Part shown: positions 41,706 to 50,724 of the stretch, in pieces
How the letters are laid out: the number at the start of each line of letters is the position of its first letter
Position numbering within the stretch: position 1 is the first letter of the stretch
Origin: an uncultured delta proteobacterium
Lineage (GTDB): Bacteria > Myxococcota_A > UBA9160 > SZUA-336
Reading direction: 5' to 3'
Length of the DNA stretch: 64,000 nt
NCBI GenBank assembly: GCA_963704165.1
Contig: CAVPHD010000001.1
Coordinates: 320,001-384,000, forward strand
Translations under genes and position numbers: made by a program
Notes under the pieces: model-generated
What the model was told of the DNA's origin: nothing
The model's database searches: none
What the model saw: the letters and a program-made list of their open reading frames with translations, nothing else

Positions 41706-43337
41706 GTGATTCCGCCGGGTCTCCATCCACGAGAGCAACCCCGCCCGACGTCGTCGGTGGCGGAGCGTCGCGTGTACGACGCGCTCCGCGGCGGGCTTCC
41801 GGCCGGCTGGTACGCGTGGCACTCGCTTCGCGTGCGCGATCCCGGTGGCTTCGACGGGGAAGGTGACTTCGTCCTCGCGGTCCCCGGGCGCGGGCTGCTC
41901 GTGCTCGAGGTGAAGGGCGGGCAGGTGTCGGTCCGCGACGGGCGTTGGCTGCAGAACGGTCAGGCGATGAAGCAGCCGCCGCGCGATCAGGGGATCTCAT
42001 TCGCGAAGAAGCTGATCGCGCGCCTCCGGGCACGAGACTGCGCGCCGCATGCGTGGGGCGTCGCGGTCTGCTTTCCCGACGTCGGAACCGAGCGCGGTCC
42101 GACGCAGGGCGACCTGAATGGCGTCGTGCTCGGCGCGCAGGACCTCGGCTGGATCGGTGAGGCGCTCCCGGCGCTGGTCGAGCGCGCGTTGCCCGCGCCG
42201 CGGGCCGAGCGCGGGCGCTGGATCGAGGCGCTGCACGAGTTCTGGGGCGAGACGTGGGTGCCCAAGCTCTCACTGGCGATGCGCGCGCGCCGCGCGGAGA
42301 GCGACCGCATCGCCCTCGACCAGACCCAGCTCGAGGCGCTCGACGCGCTCGCCGACAACGACCGTGTGCTCGTCGAGGGCGGTGCGGGCACGGGCAAGAC
42401 GCTTCTCGCGATGGAGTGCGCGCGGCGCGCCGCCGCGTCGGGACAGCGCGTGCTGCTCACCTGCTTCACGGCAGCGCTGGCGGAGCACCTTCGCACCCGC
42501 CTCGACGGCACGGGCGTGGACGTACACACGGTGCGGAAGATCGCGAAGGACCTGATCGAGCAGGCCGGGCGACCCACCGGCGACCTCACGCAGCCGGACA
42601 CCTGGGAACAGAATTCCTGGCGGGCGAGCGAGCTGGTGACGGATTCCACCCGCTACGACGTCGTCGTCGTGGACGAGGCGCAGGATCTCGAGCTCGCCGA
42701 CTTCGCGCTGATCGAGAAGCTCGCGCTGGGCGGCCGCCTTTGGCTCTTCCGCGACGCGCGCCAGAGCTTCTGGCCCGAGCGCGACGTGCCGTCGGACCTC
42801 GTGACCACGCGCTACCGGCTGACGCGCGCCTATCGCATGCCCGCGGCGCTCGCCCGGGTCGCCGACTCGTGCCTTCTCGGCGTGGCCGACGGCGACGCGC
42901 TCGGCGCGGCGACCGCGAACTCCGAGCTCGTCGTCACGGCGTGCGCGAGCGAGGGCGCCGCGAACGCCCGGCTCGAGGTCGTGCTCGACGGCCTGCGCGG
43001 TCAGGGACTCGCGCCCGGCGAGATCGCCGTCGTCTCGCTTCGCGGCCAGTCATCGTCCGATTCCGTCGTCCACGCGGCCTCCGCCGGCCGCCACCGCCTC
43101 GCCCGCGCCGACGCGCCCGACGCCGGCGACTTCGTCGTCGCCGACACATTCCTGCGTTTCAAGGGCCTCGAACGCCCCGCGATCGTCATCGTGGACCTCG
43201 ATCAGGTCCTCGAGAAGAGCGACCTCGGCGTGCGGCTGCACATCGCGCTCACCCGCACCCTCGTCACCGCGCAGATCCTCGCATCGCGCCAGGCCCTGCA
43301 GCGCGTCGCGGCGTTGGGGGGTGTGGCGGAAGCGTGA
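41706..43337 (+). CDS. NERD-type PD-(D/E)xK nuclease fused to an SF1 (UvrD-like) helicase
   Basis: AERRVY, GEGDFVL, LEVKGG; Walker A GGAGTGKT; VVDEAQD; FKGLE; IALTR. Confidence 0.85.
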   Translation: MIPPGLHPREQPRPTSSVAERRVYDALRGGLPAGWYAWHSLRVRDPGGFDGEGDFVLAVPGRGLLVLEVKGGQVSVRDGRWLQNGQAMKQPPRDQGISFAKKLIARLRARDCAPHAWGVAVCFPDVGTERGPTQGDLNGVVLGAQDLGWIGEALPALVERALPAPRAERGRWIEALHEFWGETWVPKLSLAMRARRAESDRIALDQTQLEALDALADNDRVLVEGGAGTGKTLLAMECARRAAASGQRVLLTCFTAALAEHLRTRLDGTGVDVHTVRKIAKDLIEQAGRPTGDLTQPDTWEQNSWRASELVTDSTRYDVVVVDEAQDLELADFALIEKLALGGRLWLFRDARQSFWPERDVPSDLVTTRYRLTRAYRMPAALARVADSCLLGVADGDALGAATANSELVVTACASEGAANARLEVVLDGLRGQGLAPGEIAVVSLRGQSSSDSVVHAASAGRHRLARADAPDAGDFVVADTFLRFKGLERPAIVIVDLDQVLEKSDLGVRLHIALTRTLVTAQILASRQALQRVAALGGVAEA

Positions 43338-43388
43338 GCCGTGCAGGCTCGCAAGTCCCCCTCCACCTCGACGCGGTAACCTAAACCC

Positions 43389-44360
43389 ATGGTGCTCCGG
43401 GCGGAGGTCGATCCCTACCTGCGTCAGTGTCGCGACGATTTCGCGGCGGTGACGGCGCGGCGGTATGGGCGGCCGTTCGACCTGGCCGCGATCGAGCGGC
43501 GGGTCAGCGAGCTTCGCACCGGGGCGCGCGGGCTTCGCTACGAGGATCTGCGCTTCTTCCAGGACGAGGAGCACTGGTGGTTCCGGAATTTCTGGGTCTT
43601 CCCGCCCGAGGAACACCTGGCCGCCGAGCTCGCGGAGCGGACCTTCGATTTCTGGAATCTTCCGAAGCGCGAAGAGGCGACGATTCAGGATCTGTACGAA
43701 GTGTTCCGCTCGATCGAGCACGCGTCGATCGTGCTGCGCTTCGTCCGGCCCGACCACTACGGAATCCTGAGTCCGCCGGTCGCGCGAATGCTCGAGATCC
43801 GGCGCGGCGGATCGGCGGTTCGGACGTATCTGCACTACCTGCACGACCTGCGCGAGATCCGCGACCGCGGCGGCTACGGCCTCGACACCGCCGCCGACGT
43901 CGACATGGCGCTCTGGGTGCTTCACGAGCGCTGCTTCGGCACGTTTCGCGATCCCGAGATCGAGCGGTGCTTTCTCGCCGACCCCTTCATGGCCCAGCTT
44001 CGCGCGCGGAACCTGGTGGCGCCGCTCGCGGACCTGACGCTGCCGCAGCTCGCGCAGGCGCTGGCGCCGACGGTGCCCGCGCTCGCCGCGCTGATCGCCT
44101 GCCATCGGCTCGAGATCCAGATCCGCACCGCGGCCGAGAAGCTCGGCCTGCCGATCGCGTTCGCGAACGTCGAGCTGCACAACGTGATCGACGAGCTGAA
44201 GCCGCACTGGGCCGTCGCCGTCGAGCGGGGCCACCTGTGGCGATCCTTCGTCGAGCTCCGCAACGACCTCTTCCACAAGGACGTCCTGCGGGACTCGAAC
44301 CGGATCGATCACCTCGTCGCCGAAGTCGTGCAGCTCGAGCGGGATCTGGATGAGCTCTGA
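43389..44360 (+). CDS. Hypothetical protein: HhH/OGG glycosylase-like N-terminus plus putative HEPN C-terminus
   Basis: ASIVLRFVRPDHYGILS...YLHYLHDLREI...DVDMALW; C-terminal LEIQIR...LHNVIDEL...RNDLFH (RxxxxH). Confidence 0.6.
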   Translation: MVLRAEVDPYLRQCRDDFAAVTARRYGRPFDLAAIERRVSELRTGARGLRYEDLRFFQDEEHWWFRNFWVFPPEEHLAAELAERTFDFWNLPKREEATIQDLYEVFRSIEHASIVLRFVRPDHYGILSPPVARMLEIRRGGSAVRTYLHYLHDLREIRDRGGYGLDTAADVDMALWVLHERCFGTFRDPEIERCFLADPFMAQLRARNLVAPLADLTLPQLAQALAPTVPALAALIACHRLEIQIRTAAEKLGLPIAFANVELHNVIDELKPHWAVAVERGHLWRSFVELRNDLFHKDVLRDSNRIDHLVAEVVQLERDLDEL

Positions 44361-44369
44361 GTCACCCGC

Positions 44370-45455
44370 ATGAGCGCGATCTCGGGCGACATCGTCTCGT
44401 TCGGCGAGAAGATCCTCTCCATTCTCTCCGACGGACAGTTCACGACGACGTACAAGTATGCAGTTCTCCTCGGACTCCTCGATCTGGCGCTCGAAGAAAC
44501 CGAACGAGACGGCGCGCCACCGACCAGTGTCACCACGCGCCAGCTCGCCGAGCGGGTGATCGAGCTGTACTGGCCCCACACGCTGCCGTTCCCGAACTAC
44601 GCCGGAGGCGTGCTGAAGCAGAACAGCTCCGCCGGGGGCGTTGCAACGATCCCTCGCCTGGTCGAGGCGTTCCGCACGGCCGATGCGAGCCGAACGACCG
44701 TGTTCCGAGCGCGCTCGAAGTCGCCGCGAGACTGGATGAAGCTCGTGCGCAAAGTGGAGTGGACGCTCGTCGAGTGGCCGCTTCCTCGAGTCCAAGTGGT
44801 GGGGCGGGAGCATCTGCCCTTTCTGTACTCGATCCACTGGGACACGAGCGTGAAGAAGAGCGAGTTCGACAGCCCCGAGTTCGACAACTCGATCCGATTC
44901 GTTTCGGGGTCGGCCGAGAATCTCGTACGACTCGCGGGCCTGCTCCGACCGCTTCTCCACCGTGAGTGGGCCGCCATGATCTCGCGCTGCAATTCCCTCT
45001 TCGATACCCAGCTCGAGGACTTCCTGTTCCGTCGCGATCGAGCTGCGCTCGGCGTTCTGCGGGCGCCGCTCGTCGATCTGCAGAGCGGACTGTGTTTCTA
45101 CTGCGAGCGCCGACTGAAGGACGAAGGAATCGAGGTCGATCACTTCGTCCCCTGGGCGCGGCACCCGAACGACGCGATCGAGAACCTGGTCGCCGCGCAT
45201 TCGAGCTGTAACGGATCGAAGAGCGACCACCTGGCGGCGAGCGCCCACGTCGAGCGCTGGGTCGCGCGCGGAAACGATTCGGGCCGCGCGCTCGCGCAAA
45301 TCTCGACCGACGTCGTCTGGCCGTCGGATCCTCACGCCTCGATCGGGGCCGCGAGAGGAATCTACCTGCGCCTGCCCGACGACGCTCGGCTCTGGCGGCA
45401 GAGCAAGGAGTTCGAGGTCGCGGAGCGGGGTCGACTCGTGACGGCGTTCGGGTGA
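44370..45455 (+). CDS. HNH endonuclease with N-terminal helical DNA-recognition domain
   Basis: CFYC...EVDHFVPW...NLVAAHSSCNGSK; N-terminal TTTYKYAVLLGL. Confidence 0.88.
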   Translation: MSAISGDIVSFGEKILSILSDGQFTTTYKYAVLLGLLDLALEETERDGAPPTSVTTRQLAERVIELYWPHTLPFPNYAGGVLKQNSSAGGVATIPRLVEAFRTADASRTTVFRARSKSPRDWMKLVRKVEWTLVEWPLPRVQVVGREHLPFLYSIHWDTSVKKSEFDSPEFDNSIRFVSGSAENLVRLAGLLRPLLHREWAAMISRCNSLFDTQLEDFLFRRDRAALGVLRAPLVDLQSGLCFYCERRLKDEGIEVDHFVPWARHPNDAIENLVAAHSSCNGSKSDHLAASAHVERWVARGNDSGRALAQISTDVVWPSDPHASIGAARGIYLRLPDDARLWRQSKEFEVAERGRLVTAFG

Positions 45456-45643
45456 GGGTGGTTCGGGGACGCCGAGACGCGGGCGCGTTTCGAGCCGCTA
45501 CTGGGGGACTGAGCCGAGCTTCCTCAGCGCTTCAGGACGTCCCTTTCGGCCCGCCCTTGCGGTCGCTAATAATACTTGGGCTTGAAGTCTTACTAGTGCC
45601 TCCGCCTATTCAGCGATTCTGAGGCCAGAGGGCGATTCCTCGC

Positions 45644-46807
45644 ATGAAAAGGGGCCTGACGGGTCGGTACGAGACCTCGATTGCGGGCAGCGAAACCGTG
45701 AGCGCGTTCGTTCCGGCGCCCCTTCCGCCCGCGCCCGGGGTCGAGTTCGGGGGTGCTCTACAGAGCGCGCTCGAGCCGGCCCTGCTCTCGCTCGGCCGAT
45801 TGGACGGCGCGGCGAAGCTGCTCCCCGACATTGGCCTTCTCCTCTACGCGTACGTTCGCAAAGAGGCGGTCCTCTCGTCGCAGATCGAGGGAACCCAGTC
45901 GTCGCTCTCCGACCTCCTGCTCTTCGAGCTCGACGAAGCGCCGGGCGTGCCGCTCGACGACGTGGTCGAGGTCTCGAACTACGTCGCCGCGCTCAACCAC
46001 GGTCTGGCGCGGTTACGCGATGGGTTCCCGCTCTCGAATCGCCTGATCCGCGAGATCCACTCCGTGCTGCTGTCTCGCGGCCGCGGAAGCGGAAAGACGC
46101 CGGGTGAATTCCGCCTGTCCCAGAACTGGCTCGGCGGAACGCGGCCCGGGAATGCGGTCTTCGTTCCCCCGCCCGCGCATCGGGTTCCCGACGCGATGTC
46201 CGAGCTCGAGAGATTCCTGAACGACGACGCGCCGGGTCTTCCCGTCCTGGTGCGAGCCGGCCTGGCCCACGTGCAGTTCGAGACGATCCACCCGTTTCTC
46301 GACGGGAACGGCCGCGTCGGGCGGCTCTTGATCACGCTGCTCTTGTGCCAGTCGGGAATCCTCCAGCAACCGCTGCTCTACCTGAGTCTCTTCCTCAAGG
46401 AGCACCGCAGCCGCTACTACGAACTGCTGAACGCGGTGAGGCGCGAGGGCGACTTCGAATCGTGGCTCGTCTTCTTCCTCGACGGTGTACGCCAAACCGC
46501 AGACAGCGCCGTCTCGACCGCCCAGAGACTGAAGGCGCTCTTCGACACCGATCGCGAGCGCATCAAGACACACGGCCGAAGAGCCGACTCCGCACTCCGT
46601 GTTCACGACGCGCTCACCGCGCGGCCGCTCGCGTCGATTCCCGAGCTGACCTCGCGAACCGGCCTCTCGTTTCCCGCAGCCTCGGCCAGCGTCGATCTGC
46701 TCGGCACGCTCGGCATCGTCCGCGAGCTGACCGGAAAGCGCCGCAACCGGATCTTCGTGTACGACGAGTACCTGGCGATACTCAGCGAGGGCGGCGAGCC
46801 GCTCTGA
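45644..46807 (+). CDS. Fic family protein
   Basis: Canonical HPFLDGNGRVGR; N-terminal SSQIEG inhibitory motif; C-terminal wHTH (TGKRRNRIFVY). Confidence 0.93.
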   Translation: MKRGLTGRYETSIAGSETVSAFVPAPLPPAPGVEFGGALQSALEPALLSLGRLDGAAKLLPDIGLLLYAYVRKEAVLSSQIEGTQSSLSDLLLFELDEAPGVPLDDVVEVSNYVAALNHGLARLRDGFPLSNRLIREIHSVLLSRGRGSGKTPGEFRLSQNWLGGTRPGNAVFVPPPAHRVPDAMSELERFLNDDAPGLPVLVRAGLAHVQFETIHPFLDGNGRVGRLLITLLLCQSGILQQPLLYLSLFLKEHRSRYYELLNAVRREGDFESWLVFFLDGVRQTADSAVSTAQRLKALFDTDRERIKTHGRRADSALRVHDALTARPLASIPELTSRTGLSFPAASASVDLLGTLGIVRELTGKRRNRIFVYDEYLAILSEGGEPL

Positions 46808-46821
46808 CATAGAATGGCGCG

Positions 46822-49800
46822 ATGTCGAAGCTGGGTCGCGGCCTCTACGAGGTGCTGGTCACGGCGGCACTCGAGGCGCAGCTGGGTGAACTCGGCGAGC
46901 ACCTCGAACCCGAGCAGGAAGCGCTGCGCGCGGCGGAATCTGCCGATCGCATCGCGCTACACCTCGGCCGGATCATCCGGCGCGCGCTCGAGTCAGTGGA
47001 CGACCGGGCGCGGGTCGCGATGAGTATCTCGCTCGCTCGGAAGTTGATCGCGGAGATCGGCAACGCGATCGAGAAGTTCGATGGCGCCGGAGACGCACCG
47101 GTCGAACCGGGGACGTTGCTTCGCGCGGTCCTGTCCCGTCTGCCCGACGGCTCCGCCGAGACGATTCCATCCCCGCTCATTCCGCTGCTCGACACGACGC
47201 TTCTCACCAACGCACCGGGCGAGCCGCGAGTCGGAAGCCAGATCCGGGCGGAGATCGATTCGGCGGACCGGATCGACGTCGTCATGGCGTTCATTCGGCG
47301 CAGCGGAATCGCACCGCTGCTCGATGCGCTGCGAAAGCGGGCGGAGCGTGGAACTCCCCTGCGGGTGCTCACGACGACCTACACGGGCTCGACCGAGGCC
47401 CGCGCGCTCGACGCGCTTCGTGAGATCGGCGCCGAGGTTCGCGTCTCCTACGACACGACCGGCACACGACTTCACGCGAAGGCGTGGCTCTTCCACCGTC
47501 GATCCGGGTTCTCGACCGCGTACATCGGATCATCGAACCTGACGCACTCCGCCCAGGTCAGCGGTCTCGAGTGGAACGTCCGCGTGTCGGGAGCGCGAAA
47601 CCCGGATGTCATCGACAAGGTCGCGGCGGTCTTCGAGAGCTACTGGAACCACGGCGATTTCGTTCCGTACGAACGCGACCAGTTCCTGGAGCAGACGAAT
47701 GCGGAAGCCAGGTCCGGACCGACCCACCGTCTGAGTCCGATCGAGCTGCGCCCGGAACCGTTTCAGGAGCGACTGCTCGAGCAGATCGCGCTATCACGTC
47801 AGCGCGGGCATCACCGAAATCTGCTCGTCTCGGCTACGGGCACCGGCAAGACCGTGATGGCCGCAGTCGACTACGCGCGACTTCGCGCGGTCCTGCCGCG
47901 CACGCGACTGCTCTTCGTCGCGCATCGCGAGGAGATCCTCACACAGAGCCTCGCAACGTTTCGTCATGCGCTCCGCGACGCGGCGTTCGGCGAACTCTGG
48001 GTCGGCGGCCAACGGCCGAAGCGACTTCGAGCACGTATTCGCGTCGATCCAGAGCTTGAACGCTTCCGGACTCGGATCACCTGGAGCCGAATCACTTCGA
48101 CGTGGTGATCGTGGACGAGTTCCACCACGCGGCCGCGAGCGTCATACCGGGCATTGCTCGATCGCGTTGTGCCGGTCGAGCTACTCGGACTGACGGCGAC
48201 CCCGGAGCGAAGCGATGGGCTTCCGCTGCTCCAGTTGGTTCGACAATCGAATTGCCGCCGAGCTTCGGCTCTGGGATGCGATCGACCAGCACCACCTGTC
48301 GCCGTTCGTCTACTACGGAATCCACGACGGCCTCGACCTGCGCGAGATTCCCTGGCGGCGTGGCCGCGGATACGACGTCGACGGCCTCACGAACCTGTTC
48401 ACCGCGAACGACGTGTGGGCGAGACGGGTGATCGCGAGGCTCGCCGAGCACGTGGACGACATCGGACAGATGCGCGCGCTCGGCTTCTGCGTCAGCGTCG
48501 AGCACGCACGATTCATGGCGCAGGTCTTTAGCAAGGCGGGAATCGAAGCGACGGCGATCTGGGCGGACACCCCCGACGAGGAGCGACGCAGCGGCACTCG
48601 ACCGACCTGGCGAGCTCGGCGCGTGAACGTCGTCTTCTCGGTCGATCTCTTCAACGAGGGCATCGACGTGCCGGTCGTCGACACGCTGCTGCTGCTGCGG
48701 CCGACCGACAGCCCGACGCTCTTCCTGCAGCAGCTCGGCCGCGGCCTGCGAAGGACTCACGGAAAGATCCGTCTGCACGGTGCTCGATTTCGTGGGCCAC
48801 CACCGCAAGGAGTTCCGATTCGATCGGCGCTTCGGCGCACTGCTTGGCGGAAGTCGAAAGGAGATGGCCGAGCAGATCGCATCGGGCTTTCCGTTCCTGC
48901 CCGCTGGCTGCCACATGGAGCTCGATCCGGTCGCCGCGGAGATCGTCCTTCGGAGCATCAAGAACGCCGTACCATCCCAATGGACCGCCAAGGTCGAAGA
49001 GCTGCGAAGGATCTCCGACAGCGGAAGGGATGTGAATCTCGCGGGCTACCTCGAGGAAGCAGACCTCGATCTCGAAGACGTCTACACCGGCACACACAGC
49101 TGGTCCGACCTTCGCGCCGACGCGGGACTCCCGGTTCGCGAATCGGGACCGTCCGAAGAACCGCTTCGCCGGGCGATCGGACGCCTGCTCCACGTCGACG
49201 ATGGGCCGAGGATTTCCGCGTATCAGAGGTTGATCGCCCCCGACATCCCTCCGAATCTCGCAACGCTCTCGGAGCGTGACCGGCGCCTGCTTCGGATGCT
49301 TCTGGCATCGGTGCTCGGCAAGACAGCGACCTCTGCAACCAGACTCGAGGAAGGCTCCACGCTGCTCTGGAAGCACCCGCAGGTGCGCGCCGAGCTGCGC
49401 GACCTACTCGACGTGTTGGCGACTCGCGTCGAGCACGTCGTCCAGCCGCTCTCCACTCACTCCGAAGTTCCTCTGCAGGTCCACGCCCGCTACACGCGGC
49501 TCGAGATTCTCGCGGCATTCGGAATCGGGGACGGCGCTTCGATCCCACCGTGGCAGTCGGGCGCGTACTGGGCCGAGGACGCTCGCGCCGACCTGTTCGC
49601 ATTCACCCTCGACAAGACGAGTGGTCAATTCTCACCGACGACGCGCTATCGCGACTACGCCGTCAGTCGCGAACTGATCCACTGGGAGAGCCAGTCGACG
49701 ACGCGCGCCACGAGCCCCACCGGCCTGCGATATCAGACGCACGCAGCCGGTGGATCGAGCGTGATGCTCTTCGCTCGCCTTCGGACGAACGATCGCGCCT

Positions 49801-49925
49801 TCTGGTTCCTCGGACCGGCGACCTACGTCCGTCACGAAGGCGAGCTGCCGATGGCCGTCGTCTGGCGGCTCGAACATCCGCTGCCAGGCGATCTGTACGC
49901 GGAGTTCGCGGCGGCTGTCGCGTAG
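46822..49925 (+). CDS. PLD nuclease-SF2 helicase-DUF3427 protein (SauUSI-like type IV restriction enzyme); eight +1 frameshifts
   Basis: LHAKAW...GSSNLT, SATGTGKT, DEFHH, LTATPER, FNEGIDVP, QQLGRGLR, YRDYA...HWESQ; removing 8 bases gives 1031 aa. Confidence 0.85.
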
Positions 49926-49945
49926 CGCCTGCAGCATCCCCCGCT

Positions 49946-49960
49946 TGGCCCGGACCTTGC
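49946..49960 (+). promoter_or_regulatory. sigma-54 (-24/-12) promoter
   Basis: TGGCCC-GGACC-TTGC with exact GG-N10-GC spacing, upstream of the ABC genes. Confidence 0.6.
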
Positions 49961-49974
49961 GGGCGGAGCCGGGC

Positions 49975-50721
49975 ATGCGACGAGAGCTCGACGGGGAGCT
50001 GCGGAAGATCGGCGGCTCGGGCCTTCCGGTCCGCGCGGAGGCGCTGACGATGACGTACGGCGACGTGGAGCCGCGCGTCCGCGCGTTGCGCGCGCTCGAT
50101 CTGGCCGTTCCTGGTGGCCAGTTCTTGGTGGTGCGCGGCCGGAGCGGATCGGGCAAGTCGACGCTCTTCCACCTGCTCGCGGGGATGAAGAAGCCGACGT
50201 CGGGTCACGTCGTGGTCGGCGACGTCGAGGTCGACCGACTCAGCGAGGCCGAGGCCGCGCGCTTTCGCCGTCATCACATCGGGCTCGTGTACCAGTTCTT
50301 CAATCTGGTCCCGATGCTCGACGTGATCGAGAACATCGCGCTTCCGCTCCTGCTCGACGGGCGGCGGCTCACCGACGCGCTGCCGCGGGTCCATGCGCTC
50401 CTCGAGCGACTCGGGATCGCCGACCGCGCGGATCACGAGGTGAGCAAGCTCTCGGGCGGCGAGATGCAGCGCGTCGCGATCGCGCGCGCGCTCGCGGGTG
50501 ACCCGGGCCTGGTTCTCGCCGACGAGCCGACGGGAAATCTCGACGATCGCAACGCCGGCGAGGTGCTCGACCTGCTGACCAGCCTGTGCCGCGAGAACGG
50601 CATCACGGTCGTGATGATGACCCACGACGCGAGCGCGACCGAGCGCGCCGACCGCGTCGTGACGCTCCGCGACGGCGAGATCGAGCAGGATCTCTTGATC
50701 CGACCCGGGCGCGGGGCGTAG
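49975..50721 (+). CDS. ABC transporter ATP-binding protein (LolD/MacB type)
   Basis: GRSGSGKST, LSGGEMQR, LADEPTGNLD, THD. Confidence 0.94.
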   Translation: MRRELDGELRKIGGSGLPVRAEALTMTYGDVEPRVRALRALDLAVPGGQFLVVRGRSGSGKSTLFHLLAGMKKPTSGHVVVGDVEVDRLSEAEAARFRRHHIGLVYQFFNLVPMLDVIENIALPLLLDGRRLTDALPRVHALLERLGIADRADHEVSKLSGGEMQRVAIARALAGDPGLVLADEPTGNLDDRNAGEVLDLLTSLCRENGITVVMMTHDASATERADRVVTLRDGEIEQDLLIRPGRGA

Positions 50722-50724
50722 GCC

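Noticed and set aside
41659..41708. Extended N-terminus for the NERD-helicase from the ATG at 41663 via another +1 error
   Set aside because: Possible but unsupported; that ATG overlaps a TAGAAT -10 box, and the GTG at 41706 gives a complete domain
45456..45643. AT-rich patch upstream of fic as an ncRNA or attachment site
   Set aside because: No stable structure or matching repeat found; most simply a promoter region
46822..49925. Programmed frameshifting or phase variation in the helicase gene
   Set aside because: No slippery heptamers or long homopolymer tracts; eight scattered +1 insertions fit sequencing error better
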